Source: Massalongia carnosa
Taxonomy: Eukaryota
Reading direction: 5' to 3'
Length of the DNA: 64,000 nucleotides
Assembly: GCA_965645245.1 (NCBI GenBank)
Contig: OZ287074.1
Location: 2,108,001-2,172,000 of the forward strand
Below, one piece after another: positions 30,499-43,585 of the stretch. Each line of letters starts with the position of its first letter. Within the stretch, counting starts at the first letter, position 1. The notes beneath the pieces were generated by a model, which was not told the DNA's origin, did no database searches, and saw nothing but the letters and a program-made list of their open reading frames with translations. Position numbers and translations under genes: made by a program.

Positions 30499-32760
30499 CT
30501 ATTTTCCGCCAACGATCTCGGCAGCAATTTTCTCCGCCAGCGCGTCTACTCTTCTCATCAGCTCGTGTTTTTATTTGTTAGGAAGAAAGCTGGGAGGGTT
30601 GGGTTGAGGCTGCAGGGTGCGAAGAGATATGGTAATAAGACTTACAAACAGTCGCCATCGGATGACCAGGCGGCAGAAATGGAAAGGCACTCGCGTCAAC
30701 TACCCTCAAGCCGGTCACACCTATCACTTTCGCAGAGGTATCTACGACGGCGTTGATATCGGTTTTGCGGCCCATGGCGCAGGTGGCGGCTGCGTGGAAG
30801 ACGGTGGATACGGATTGCCGGATTAGGTGGAGGATGGCGTCGTCGGTGGAGACCTGTGGGTTGGAAAATGGAAAGAGTCAGTGAGTGATACTTTACTGTA
30901 TGTATGAGCGATTTGGAAGGGGAGGGGGTTGAAGTGTCATTTACGAAAGGCAGAGGCAGGGGGCATGCACGTACATTAGTTCCGGGGAAATATTCGCTTC
31001 CAATCACCACTTTTTGCATGGCCTTCGTCCCAAATAGCTCTCTCACCCTTTTGTACCCGGCTACGGCAACAGCCTGGTCCGTCGGGTGCGTGAGCCATTG
31101 TGGGTTGATGAGCGGCGGGTCCGCCATGTCCGGACTGTTGATGTCAATGGTGCCTCGTGACAGGGGCGCCTCAAGCGCCATGGCAACAGTAGCATAGTTG
31201 TAGCCATCGTTTGGGCTGTCTCGTAAGGGGTAATTCTGGTAGCCTAGGTAGCCACCAATGCTTAGGAACTCGATTTCCGGCCAGTCGGCGGGAAAAGTGG
31301 AGAGGGAGGTTCGGGTGACACTGCTGAGGTTTGCGCGGAGATGAGGGGGGAGTTTTTCCCATGCTCCAAAGTCGCCACCAGCGTTAGTGAGGATGCCGGA
31401 TTGGTTGTTGTCGAAGAGTGCTGCGGCTTCGGAGGCAAAGGTAGGATTCGCGAGCGAGGAGCCGGTGATGGCGTTTACTCGGTAGCTGGGACCCATGAGA
31501 ATATGATCCTGTGGATTTTTGATCAGTGATTTTTCAAAGATTCAGCTGGAGGTCTCCTTGAGCGGGGTTGTTGCTTACCTGCAAATTCTGACCTACACCA
31601 GATCGATCTGCTACAATTGGTATCTTGAACCTTGACAAACTTGCCGCGGGACCCACGCCAGACACCATCAAAAGCTGCGGCGATTGAAACGCTCCAGCGG
31701 ATAGGATAATTTCCTGCTTTGCTGACAAGGTATACTCTTCGCCTTTTGTGGACACGATGATGCCTGTGGCCTTCTTCTTTGAGTCGAAGAGAATTTTCTT
31801 GCCCAACGTCAGTTGATAGACCACCAGATTAGTCCTATTCAATGCGGGCGTTAAAAATGCGGTTTCGGACGACTCGCGTATTTGTGTGGAAGGGCGAATC
31901 GTTTCAAGGACATAAGAAGAGCCCAATAGCTTGCCACTTGTCAAGCCGTTGATGGGTTGAACTCCAAGCTCCTGAAGGCCTTTTTGAACAAAAGAGGATA
32001 CCGCCATGGCATAGTTCGAGAAGGTGACCGACAACGATCCGCCGCCCTTACCGAAGCTTGATAGGTCGTATTGTGGCGTGGCATTTGCAGCTCGCTTAGT
32101 CTCATCTGGAGGTGTAAAACTCAAACTTTTCTCAAAGAACGGCAGAAGTTGATCGTACGTGTAGCTTTGGTCTTCGACCATATCGGCCCATTTTGCATAC
32201 GAACCTTTGGTCCCTCGAAGGTAGCCCATGTAATTCCGAGCACTGCTTCCACCAAAACATTTTCCGCGAGCATAGTGAATCGACGCATTGAGCGCACCCT
32301 AGAAATGGTTATTTACCACATCAAAATAACGAGCTTCTCTTTTTTAGTTCTTAAACTCTGGGGCCGATCATTTGGGGAAGGGGCCAGTTTCACGTACTGC
32401 TTGGGGAGTAGTGACGAATCCCCAGTCAATTACAGCGTTGGAGTCTTTGGGATCCTTGCCAGTCCAGAGAGAGTCGTAAAAAGGAATCTGGCTGGAGTTC
32501 CCGGGTTGCTCATAAAAACTGCCAGCCTCAACGACCGCTACAGACACTGACGGATTTTCTGATAGTCTTGCCGCCATGACTAAGCCGGCAGTACCGCCGC
32601 CAACTACCACATAGTCGTAAGTTGCAGCTCCTGGTGCATTAGGCGACGAGCCAAATAGTCTGTTCCTAGCGAGAAAGTGTACAGCTCCTGGTGTTGGCGC
32701 TGCATTTGCCAGATATTCGCGAGCCAGGGTCAGCGTTGTGATAGCGAGCAGATACTTCAT
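30499..32760 (-). CDS. Secreted GMC oxidoreductase (AA3; resembles the versicolorin B synthase/PatE group), multi-exon
   Basis: Hydrophobic N-terminus MKYLLAITTLTLA; YDYVVVGGGTAG, VEAG, GGSSARN, LSAGAFQSPQLLMVSGVG, FHAAATCAMG, LRVVDAS, GHPMATVYALAEKIA; GT-AG introns. Confidence 0.92.
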
Positions 32761-34196
32761 GGTGAAATCTTGGATGTTTGACGTAACTCGAAACAAAGGA
32801 AATGTGCAAATGAAAGTGGATTGCAGAAAGGAAACAGGCGACAAGCTTCATATCAAATACAGGCCCCAAACCATTAGACTGCCCCCAAACCAATAGACAG
32901 CCCAACACATCTCAGTCAAGGCAAAGCTAACCGCCACGTGAGAAATATTATTGGGGCTATTGCTGATAATGTAAGAGAGATCATCCCGAAATGAAACCCT
33001 TGCCCTGGCACACCAAATATACATCAAAGTATAGCTAGTGCCGAGCATAAAGAGACACCAATGAGCTCAACATTCATGTTACGTTCGAGCCACATGAAGC
33101 AAGAGTGAGAAGTCGCACAGTAACAGATGAAATCATACAGTAACAGATGAAAACACACATATTTTTCTTCCTGATGAAACTCCAGCTACGCCACAGCAAC
33201 AGGACGACCATACCATGACTTTAATCCCATATAATCATTTCCGCCTTTGGGCTGATCATATTAGCCGTAAATAGAACCTGGCAATAAAATAGCAGACGCT
33301 AAGCAGCGATTGTGGCGCACTAGATCTTGAATGGGGCAAAACATCTTCTCAAGGATCAACGTCCGATGGCATATCACTAGGTGAGAATAGTGGTGTACTC
33401 AAAAAGCAGCCTTGCGGAAAGTATTGTCCGATGAATCTAGAGGTAGCACCTAATCAAGATCTCTCTTCGTTACTAGCTTTCTCAACAGAAACCAAAGATA
33501 AGTCAGTGGTTGATCAAGAAAATAGAACTTTGAGTCAACACGCGATGAACCCTTACCAAAAATCCAAGGGGTAAATTTTGCCACGTGGATGCCACACGGG
33601 AGCATTTCCATTGATATCATGTCGTTTCATCTATTTTTCTATTTTATGATGAAAAGTATGCCGCAGAAGCAATCCTGCTGTAAGCCTCAATATTGTTGTC
33701 TTACGTGATATTCTTACAAATTATAATGTGAGACTATGCAGTCTTATATCAGAATTATCTCATATTACGTTTCGACTATTTGAATGACAGAAGTCTGATT
33801 ACGTGATGCCGCATCAGTTTTATAAGGAGGATACATATCTCAGGAGTCTGACCTGACCTGACACCAGTGAAACGCAGCCACCTTGTGTATATTGCTATTC
33901 TAATGTTTGGGCAAAGTCCTGACCCTGGGGTGTGGCATGACACCGTTCGTGCGCTGTCCACGCAGGGTACGGAGCCGAATCGGGTAGGCTACGAGGTCCA
34001 TGGACGCTGTAGATGCGAACCCTGGGGTCAAGACATACTCCCAAAACCCCAAAACCGTGTTCCTCGCAGAGGAATGGGTTAGAGCGTGCGAAGTCTCGCG
34101 ATGATGCGGCTGCAGTGTAGATGTGAAGAGAGTTCGGGTAAAGCGTGGGATTTTTGTGAGATGGATCCGTCAAGATAAATGTGATATATGTGATTT

Positions 34197-37100
34197 TCAG
34201 GCTCTTTGATGTCGTTTCGAGGCATTCCATATAATTGAAGGATTTATGTGTATGTATAATCGGTAGGCGTCCGACTTCCAACGTCCTAGCAACTTGATTT
34301 CATCCTCGCTCAGGCCGGCGTTTTTCGCGGAAGTGGCGGCGCCTCTGCGAAAGGAGTGACCTGAATAATTTCCTTGGTATCCCTTGTCTTTTAAGACGTC
34401 TCGTAGTGTTTCGTGACGAAATTCCGCGTGAAGGCCTTTTTTGGATAGAATAAAGGTTGAGTGAGATCTGTGGGAAAGCGTTCGGTCAGAATTCCCAATG
34501 ATCGAACTGGGCAGGCTTCGTCGTTGACGGCCGCTACTCTAACAGTGACGCCTTGTCGGAAGGGGTCCGTCTTGGAGGCGGGGAGTGTCAGTTGTAATCT
34601 GTCCTCGGTTAGTAATAATGAACCTCTGGTTATGTGCCATTGGGCAAAGTCGTCTCCCCACATGTTTTCTTCCCATGTGAATTCTCCGATACGTAAAAAG
34701 GCCGCAAAGGTTAAGCAGCAGGCCGCGTGCAATGTGGCTCCTCTTAAGGAATTTTGGTCAAAAGTATTGGCTATTTCTTTTAGGATGGACCGGCTAATAG
34801 GTCGACGTTCTCGTGGCTGGACAGCGGGGCGGAGCCGGCGTATGCCTGCTACGATTCTTTCTAGTTGGGGATGATGAAATATATCTAATTCAGTCTTCGA
34901 CGCGCCTCGGTCGACTTGATAAGATCTGATGCCGCTTATGTATTGTTTTTTGGTTTTTGGATTAATTCCCCTATCGCCTGAATAGGCTGCCCAGTCGCAT
35001 AATGATCGGATAGACGGAGGAAAAGAGATGTGAGTCCATAACGCGCAATATTCGGTGTAGCTTCGTCGTGCCTGCTCATACGATGTTCTAGTCCCTGTAG
35101 CTAGGCCCCACCATAAATATCTCGCCGCTGAGTTTGACAATTCTTGATTTTGGAAGCAGTGTTCCGGTGGTTCACCGGTTGTGCCCCGTGGGCTAATGCC
35201 ATGTTCTGTAGTAAAGGATAATTGTCAGCAATTTGGTCCATTAACCGCGGGAAAGCATATCTGCCAGAGTGTTTTCTCTTGATGAGATCCAATGTGATTC
35301 AATGACGAAGTCATGTATTGCTAATAGCATGGCAATATCTCGTAGGGGTTTCATGGCCGGGCCACGTATGGAGCCGTTCCGTAGTCCATTTACGACCGCT
35401 TGATTGTCGCCATACATGACGAGTTTGGATCCTTTGAAAATAGGTAACCATTTACGTAATACGTGTAGTACAGCCATCATTTCTTTGACATTGATATGCT
35501 TTTTCATGTCTCTGGACGAGGTCCTTATCGAGAGTACCTCCGCAGATGAGACTAGAGAATCCTTTGAATGTCCTTCGTCGATTATCCCGGTTATTTCGTG
35601 ATGTGTCATGCGTGACGCATTATGTTCCCGGACGAGGTCCGATGAACCCTTGATACCTCGAGCAGATGCAGCGAGAAGTTCTTTAGAATTTTCTTCGTCT
35701 GTCATCCCGGCCATCCGCATCGAAGACACCTCGGTAGACACCTCCAGAAATTCGCTGTAACTTCCTTCTTCGGTTATCTCGGTTGTCCCGGATTTAAAGG
35801 TTCGCATTGCGATGTCCCCGGACGAGGTCCGTATGGCGGACATCCCGGCAGGTGTGACTAGGAATTCGCTGGAATTCTTGTCGTCTATCACCCCAAATAT
35901 CCCCTGAGCCTGCATGACCCGGACATCTTGTATCCTTAACTCGTTGTCTGAAGACGTCTCGAAAGAGGTTGAGTTCTTCTTTGAAGGCATCCAATGAGGG
36001 GGTCTCGTGAGAACACCCCGTCTTGGGAGAGATACCTCGGCAAACGCACGCTATGTTTCGGTCGTCTCTAATATTTGTGTGTTTGAACGACGAGAAAGCG
36101 TGCCCGCTTCGGTGGAGTGTGGGGTTCGGTGCACCGAATAGTACCCGCCCATTCCCCATGTTCCCGAAGCGTCTGTCCATAAACTTATCTCATCTCTAGT
36201 GTTCAGCGATCGCAAATTGTGAACGCCATTCCATCTGGGCAAGAAGTATTGCCACCATAATAGATCTAATCGCATGTCGCCAGCAATGCGGATCCGACTC
36301 GTGTCTTCGCCGAGGGCGGTAAATAGGCGGCGTAGAAAGGCTCTGCCTGGTTTGACCACTTTGGCCGCAAATGATAGAAACCCAAGAAGAGAACGTAATT
36401 CGTCTTTGATCATATAATCTTGCGTTAATGCGCTGTTGGCCCACTCGATAGCTATTTTTAGCTTGTCGGGAGGTAGACAGGCTTCCATGCGTTGGGTGTC
36501 TAGCGTTAACCTGAGAAAATCACAGATTTGTCCCGTCTCTCCCTTTGATGCGTTTTTCGCATGCCCAACTCGTCGCACAACGTGTCGAACGCGGACTCGG
36601 AACGAGAAGCTTCCTCGCTGGTCTTGACGATTGCGAGGAAGTAGTCTAAATAATGTAGGACTAGCCAGTTTTGAACGATAAACACCCAATTTATTCACTT
36701 GGCAAAGAGATCGAAAATGAATGGAGAGGTACGAAGACTAAATGGGAGGAAGATGTCCATCCAATACGAATTGTTCCACTGAAAACCTAGTAACCACCAG
36801 TCCGTTCTTGCGACGGGAATGTGCCGGAAGGCGTCCGCGAGGTCGCGTTTCACGAGATATGCTCCTCGTCCGACGTTAAGAAGAGCTTCTAATGCTTCGT
36901 CAAATGACGTGTATTCTAGGGCGCCCCATTCAGCGGGAATGTGATAATTGACCGAGCCTTTGCGTGGATGAGACAAGTGATGAATTCTTCGCCATTTGTC
37001 ATTGGGCTTGGGGACGAGGCCCAGCGGGGAGGACATAAAGTGAGACGGTGGTTCCCCTACGGGTATCACTCGGTGCTGTCGAATTTGTTCGTCTAGATCT

Positions 37101-39799
37101 TTGGATAACACTTCAGGTGCGTCTTTGGCCGAGGATAAGTTCGGGCTTATTATACGCTGTTTTGGTCCTGTGTAGCCAATTCTTGCCCCGTATCGAATGA
37201 TGTTAAGAATCGTCTTTTTGTAGACTCTATCTGGATGTTTCTCTAATCGTCGTTTCCATCCCGCTGACTTAAGCGGGCACCGTACCTTGTCCGCATCCTC
37301 GTCGGTGTCTATCCGGTATGGAAAACCTTCGGAAATAGACGAGAGGGCGCTTGGGACGGATAGTCATGAGGTGGGCTTGCTTTGTTGTTGAGGGTATGGA
37401 TTTACACGCGTACGACAATCGGGTTGAGGATGATGACGTCCGCATGACGCGCACACGTGACAAAAAGTGCAGTTGATTGGGCCTTCGCCACCGTTATTGT
37501 ATCGTCTGCACGCTATTATGCCGCGTTGATCGTCTTGACTTGATGTGCGTTGAACGAGGGAGTTCGTGCTTTGTATTCGACGAAGATTGGAACCCGCGTT
37601 GTATTCGATTTTCCGACGAAGGTTTCGTTCTTCTAAACCTCTGTTCGGGGTCCGCCAACCGCGTGGATCATCTACGCCCTCTACAAGGCGGGCTTTGTGA
37701 AAGCCGAAGTGAAATTGACGAATTGATTCGAATGTGTTTAGAAGAGACCAGCCTAGTAATTGATCAATGTAGACGTGCATTGCCGCCTGCAGTTCCATTT
37801 GTGTGCCCGCGTGAGCTATGTGAATGACGATTTAACAGCATATAAGGAACGCGCGAAGAAGATGTGTGATTCCTCTTGCGTCCGAGGCCAGAGCGTCCTC
37901 TTCCCGGTATTCCACCTCGGTTGATCCAATTCTTAAGTATTTGTTTTTGGGCTGAACTGACTCGTATTCGGTTGACAGCTTCATAATGTTTTCCACCTTG
38001 AACTTGTCGTCGCGGATGTTTTTGAAGTATTCCGTGTCCACCATTGGGAATCTCGCTATCAGAGAATGAAATATAGGGGACGCACCCTCACACGCGGGTG
38101 ACGAAATAAAATTTACACCAAAATTTCTACCCCACCAAAATCATCAGACTTTTCATCCACCATCATATTAAATAACCATGAATCGATCCATGACTCCACT
38201 TCTTGAAATTACAGGGCCTGGAGTCGAAGTTCCTACACCTAATAAGGCAAAAACTCAAGGAGCTGTAGAAGTTTGCGAAGCAATGGGAATATCTTATTAT
38301 AAGGAAGACGTTTTTCGTGTGTTCAATGTTTCATGACAATAAGACTACAAATATCTCCGCAGCGAATCTTAACGAAGACAGCATAATAATCCCGATATAT
38401 CAGAGCAGCGGGGTCGAAAATCTATCATAAATCTCAACATATACGAGAAATGGAGCGTATTCTTGAGACCGAAGGCATTGAAGCACGAGCTTTAACTTGG
38501 GAACAATTGGATTACGAAGTGGGCTTGGATTGTAGTGGTCGCACTGTTCAAAGAGCGATGGGTACAATGGATTATCATAAGTGTGTTTCTTGTAGAAAGG
38601 GCTGAGTCAATAAGAAAACAGCAGCGCATCGAGTCAGTTGGGCAACTGTAATGCTTGAGAAATATTCTGAGTGGGAGGATTGGCATCATGTACGATTCAG
38701 CGATGAGATTCATTTCGGCTGGGATCCTCAAGGAAAACTACGAATCATACGAAAACCTGGAGAAAGATATTGTCAGAATTGTATTCAAGAAGAGAATAAA
38801 GCAGACGAGAAGGACAAAAAGCGTCATCATTGCTGGGCTGCGATAGGACACAGTTTTAAATCAGATATCTTTTTTTACAATGTTTCGGGTAACACCAACG
38901 GAAAGATGAGTCAAAAGGCCTACATCGAGCAGATTTTGAATCCGATTATTCTTTTATGGCTGCAAACGGGTCTGAGGTTCTTTTTAGAAGAAGATGGTGA
39001 TTCAGGTCATGGACCAGGCAAATCGAATATTGTACGCACCTGGAAGGAGAAAAATGAGCTGAATCATTATTTCAATTGTGCTTCATCTCCTGATCTGTCT
39101 CCGATTGAGAATTGCTGGCAGCCTGTCAAACATTATCTTCGAAAATATCCTTATTGGGACGATGCTAATACTAAAGAGTTGATTTATGAGGGATGGAGTC
39201 ATGTTTCTCAACGATTTTTCAACGAACAGGTGGCCACGATGCTCAAACGACTGCAAGCGGAGATTGATAAAGGTAGAATGACTGGTTATCGTGGTAGCAA
39301 ATGAAATTCAAACATCATCAAATGAACTGAATAGACGTTACAATAATGGATGAAGAGTCTGATGATTTTGGTGTGGCATAAATTTTGGTGTAAATTTTAT
39401 TTTGTCACCCGCGTGCCTCAGCATGAAATGTCGCGAACGCGCTCGGTCTCGCTGGTAGTGTTAAAGGATATGTGGGGTGTGGGACGCCGCCGTCTCGTAT
39501 CTGAGGCGTTGTATTACGCGTTCGAGTTCCGCCTCCTCTTGTTCAATTTCACTAATTTTTGCTTCGGCTCGTAGTCTTTCGGCTTCCGCTCTGAGGGCCA
39601 CACGACGGTCTGGTGGCGGGGTCACCTCGGGGGAGGAGTGACGTTAATCATTTTCAATTGTGACTTCTCTGGAGTCTGGTTGGAATGTGACTCGACCTGT
39701 TCGGCTGCGTGCGCCTCTGCCTCGACCACGATTGGCGGGCGCGCCGCGAGGAGGATTCGTCTGGCGATTTTCTCGCCCGATTTGACTGCGTGAGTTCAT
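34197..39799 (-). mobile_element. Decayed Ngaro/DIRS-type tyrosine-recombinase retrotransposon (gag, RT, RNase H, YR)
   Basis: SPLGLVPK, DLADAFR, LHYLDYF (RT); WTDASG, HINVKE, GDNQAV, LADMLSR (RNase H); FLRIGE, SKTD, GHSFRRG, LGRWKS (YR); termini not resolved. Confidence 0.9.
38091..39415 (+). mobile_element. Tc1-like DD37E DNA transposon inserted in the Ngaro gag
   Basis: ~69-bp TIRs CACGCGGGTGAC(G/A)AAATAAAATTTACACC; FSDE, EDGDSGH, SPDLSPIE; N-terminal part has stops; CCTCA on both flanks. Confidence 0.9.
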
Positions 39800-40420
39800 G
39801 ATGTGAATTGGATATAGATAATAGGTTTGCTTTGTGTTTAAAATAGGAGGGATGGATGGAGAATGATGGACCCAATGCACAGAAAATAGGTGGCAGAGTG
39901 CCAGAAGTCTCTGGATAGTACAGAACTTCAATAATTCAGATTATTGCGACTGATCTCTAGGCTGTGCGTAGGAGTGATGCTATAAACATGTTGATCACAG
40001 AACATTCGAGATTCTCCTCGAATGTCTATAGACCTGAGTTTCTAAGCATCGAAGATACCAGAAATTCTCAGATGTAATTACTCCCATATTAGTAAAATAC
40101 GCGAAGGCATTCGCATATTACGTCAGATATGATCCAGCTGGCTTGGCATCGCAACACTTTGAGATGGGAATATGAAGAAACAGCGAAACACGATCTATGA
40201 TGAGTGTTGATGAGGAGAAAGAAAGAGGTGGAAGAGGTGGAAGAGGTGAAGAATTTTCACCTCCCTGCTAGCGTCCGGCTCTATCCAGCTCACACTAAGG
40301 GTGCCGCCCGTCACGGTGACAACGTTCTTGAAGATCGTCCAATCATGCAAGAACGAGTTATCTTGTATGAAAATTCCTGAAATTCAAAAAGTCAGTGAAA
40401 ACAAGATTTCTCGCTCGACA

Positions 40421-40575
40421 TAGTGAATAGATTTCTACCATTGCGCCACCTGTCCTCCCGACCAAAAGACACAATACTTAGTCCGCAGACCAAGCTCTAT
40501 TCTACTATAACTGGGACTCCTGCTATGTTCGCTGTAGGTCCTGCCGTCCGCACCACGCATGGTCGAACCGTTACA
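40421..40575 (-). mobile_element. Truncated solo LTR, TGTAACGG family
   Basis: Reverse complement of most of 13798-13967. Confidence 0.8.
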
Positions 40576-40694
40576 ACACCTACGACTGTCTTAAATAAAC
40601 AGATTATCTACGAAAATCGTAGATGTCGTATTGAACATAGTCTTAAGATAAGATAAGATTACTTCGTATATTAAAAGATTATTGTATAACAACT

Positions 40695-40926
40695 TGTTGA
40701 AATAGGTATATGACTATGGCTATATGACTATGTAATAATAAGTGTATGTATAACCGTGATGTTAAGGATGAAGAGTGCTGTTCAGCAGTCTTTATCCTAT
40801 TACTGGTCACCTTCTGTTAAGTGAGGTGATCTTTATCTTATCTTGGGACTAACTTAGGCCTAATGCGGCTTCTACGGTTTCCTAGATGCTATGTTCATTG
40901 TACTGATAGGAGTTGGATATTCAATA
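40695..40926 (-). mobile_element. Solo copia LTR nested in another copia-like LTR ending at 40994
   Basis: Same family as 25133-25402; TSD CAACT; host LTR ends CTATTTCAACA followed by GGTTAT. Confidence 0.8.
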
Positions 40927-41294
40927 CAACTCTTCATTCTTACGATCATATATAGTTATCTCTATTATTACACAATTATATTTCTATTTCAACAGGTTAT
41001 TTATCATTATGATTGCAGAAAACGTTGATTGATTAACTTCTGATTAAAATATTTGTGATTCGATAAAATATGCTCTTATGCGATACGCGTATCCGAATTC
41101 TAATAATCCGCCGGGAGGAGAATTGATCATCTTAATGCATGATACAGATAGTTAAACTCTGCAGAGATTTTACCCGAACTCCTAAAAGGCAAGCTAGCCT
41201 AATTGGATAATCGCAATCATCAACTGCCTGACCTCAATCTAGTTAGGCTAACACAGGCTAACATCAACAATTGGAGTCACTGGAATTGCAACCG

Positions 41295-42674
41295 CTAAGT
41301 ATCAAGCCCGTTCATCTGTCCGCGAAGAATCCTCTCGTGGCTGTATTCAAAGCATTCCGGCAACTTTGTATCACTCCATGTCCCCCCGAGGATCAGCTTC
41401 ACCAACCCTGGAGCGCAAGTAAAGATACGCGCCATCCCATGGCCATTGAACCCTGCACAGATATACTGGCCCGGTAGATCCTCCAATTCACCCACGTAGG
41501 GTACCTTGTCCGGCGTTACCGCAATGAGGCCTGTCCAAGCATGATCTAAACCTTCACCGTGGTGCTTCGGTTTCCCTTCTTGTGAATCTGGGAACAAAGT
41601 ATCAAATTGTTGGACGGCTTCATCGACGAGTCCCTGGTCGAAGGATGAATCATCGAACGTTATTCCCGCAGGTTTGGCCACACCGAAGATTATCATGCCG
41701 TCGCTTTTCATCTGGATCAGGGCGTAGAAGCGCTGCAACTCATACCGCAGTGCCATGGTAGTTTGCAGTACGTGCTCGCTGGAGAAGGCAGCTGTCGGGA
41801 CGAGAGAATGTACCTGAATTCTGATTGGGGTGAGGAGACTGGTAGAGAGTTTTGGGAGGAGATATCCTGCATATGCGTTGGTACAATGAATAATTCTCTG
41901 GCTTGAAACGATTCCTCGTGGCGTGTGAGCATCCCACTCCGCTCCTTTGCCTCGAGTGACTGCGGTGACGGGACAATTGGTCCATAGCTTGCATCCTCGG
42001 CCCACGACATTGGAGAGAAGCCACTGGGCGAGTTTGACTGGATGAATCGACGCTGCAGGCCATTCCCACGCTGTGATTGCATCCCGGACCCCCGTTCTTT
42101 CTACTGCTTCGTCGCCTTCGTACAGCTTGATCTGATGCATACTGCCACCAGCTTCAACGTAATCCTTGACATTTCTCGCTACATCTTCAACGATTTCCTG
42201 TGTGAGGCAAATGTCAAAGGTTGGTTTGGGGCTAAATTCACAGTGGATGTCATGCTCGTGCACAAATTTACTGACAAGCTCCAGAACGATATTCTCATTT
42301 TCCACAATCTTGAGGGCTTGCTCTACGCCATGGGCAGCCTTATAATCGCTAAATCCACGGAAGGCCTCTGGTCGAACGTGACCTGCGTTGCGGCCACTTG
42401 AGCCCGAAACTGCCTCGCGAGCTTCCAGGATGATAACCTTATCAGGCTTGATGCCAGCCTCCAGCAGTTCGAATGCTATCAAAGCTCCTGATATACCTGA
42501 ACCAATTATGACATGTTCGGCTGAAGCAGGTACAGGGTTAGTCTTGTTAATGTTTAGGTGAGGAAAGGCACGCGTTGTACGATGCCAGTAGGAAAGACAA
42601 GAGTTAGGATAAGGGATAGAAGGTTGCAACTGTTGTGCACATGGTTGATCAGGAGACCTCTCGTGTAAAGACAT
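41295..42674 (-). CDS. FAD-dependent oxidoreductase, DAO family (PuuB/OrdL-like), intronless, ~459 aa
   Basis: SYWH, IIGSGISG, LEAREAVSGSSGRNAGH, HCTNAY, WTG...TPD.VPYVG, AGFNGHGM; ATG at 42674. Confidence 0.92.
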   Translation of the reverse strand: MSLHERSPDQPCAQQLQPSIPYPNSCLSYWHRTTRAFPHLNINKTNPVPASAEHVIIGSGISGALIAFELLEAGIKPDKVIILEAREAVSGSSGRNAGHVRPEAFRGFSDYKAAHGVEQALKIVENENIVLELVSKFVHEHDIHCEFSPKPTFDICLTQEIVEDVARNVKDYVEAGGSMHQIKLYEGDEAVERTGVRDAITAWEWPAASIHPVKLAQWLLSNVVGRGCKLWTNCPVTAVTRGKGAEWDAHTPRGIVSSQRIIHCTNAYAGYLLPKLSTSLLTPIRIQVHSLVPTAAFSSEHVLQTTMALRYELQRFYALIQMKSDGMIIFGVAKPAGITFDDSSFDQGLVDEAVQQFDTLFPDSQEGKPKHHGEGLDHAWTGLIAVTPDKVPYVGELEDLPGQYICAGFNGHGMARIFTCAPGLVKLILGGTWSDTKLPECFEYSHERILRGQMNGLDT

Positions 42675-43585
42675 AGTAGTATCCGAGGATTTTGATGGTG
42701 CACTCAATATAAAAGAGAGCTCGTACAGGCGATCGATAATAAATCAGGCTTGGGAAAAGATATAATTGTGATATCTTGGATAACTTCTCATAACTGTCTT
42801 TATGCTAGACATCTAGAGGCGTCCACCGCAGGATCGTAAGAGAACATAGAGTTCGGGAATGATGAGCTTGACATTGAGCAATAACATGGAGGCTGTCTAC
42901 AGAGGTTATATTTCCCAGTAATCCCTAGATAGTGGCTGGTCTGTAAGCACTCATATTTCTCACTCTGAGAACCCGTTTATCTGCAGCATCATCCGGTGCT
43001 AATTATGCACGAACGCCTTCTCTCGTGAGTAGAAGCGACTGTCGCCACCTTATAGTAAGTCTTATCAAAGATGACTGAAAAGCCATCGACGAGCTCGATT
43101 GCAGATCGAAAGTCAAGATCAAGACTATCGTAAGTATCTCTTTAGCACTTAGTGTCTAAGCACATGAAATTAAGTGACTATGTTGGCTTACAATATGAGA
43201 AGATGTTATTCTGAGTAATTCGGTGATTCGATTCCTGATGGATCGTAATTCTTGCTGACGTGAGTTACCCGGATGACATAAAAACGATAAACCTATTTCT
43301 CATCTAGCTTATTCTCCCAGTCTAGAAGATCAACCCTCGTCGATTAATATCAAGATGAAGGAGATAATTGAAGTCAGTGCGAATGTCATTTTTCATAGTT
43401 TAAAGTCTCATCTGTAGCGCTGAATCTTAATGGAGCTGAAATGGAAGCTCTGTTGGCAGTGACTTGTCGAAAGATTTCTCGTGGCTCCTTATACTGAATC
43501 AAGGTTACCCAGATAACCAGTCTCTACATTTTCCACTTGTTCTAAGGCTATCGAGAAGAGGAGGGGAAAATAAGTGTAGAGTAAA

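Noticed and set aside
33116..33152. Tandem ACAGTAACAGATGAAA upstream of the GMC gene as a regulatory site
   Set aside because: A single local duplication with no matching motif at the other genes.
34391..35140. Tyrosine recombinase as a phage integrase or Starship captain
   Set aside because: Short YR directly downstream of RT and RNase H, which is DIRS/Ngaro architecture; no DUF3435-like captain seen in the window.
42675..42707. ORF-track start of the oxidoreductase at 42707
   Set aside because: It is a TTG; the first in-frame ATG is at 42674.
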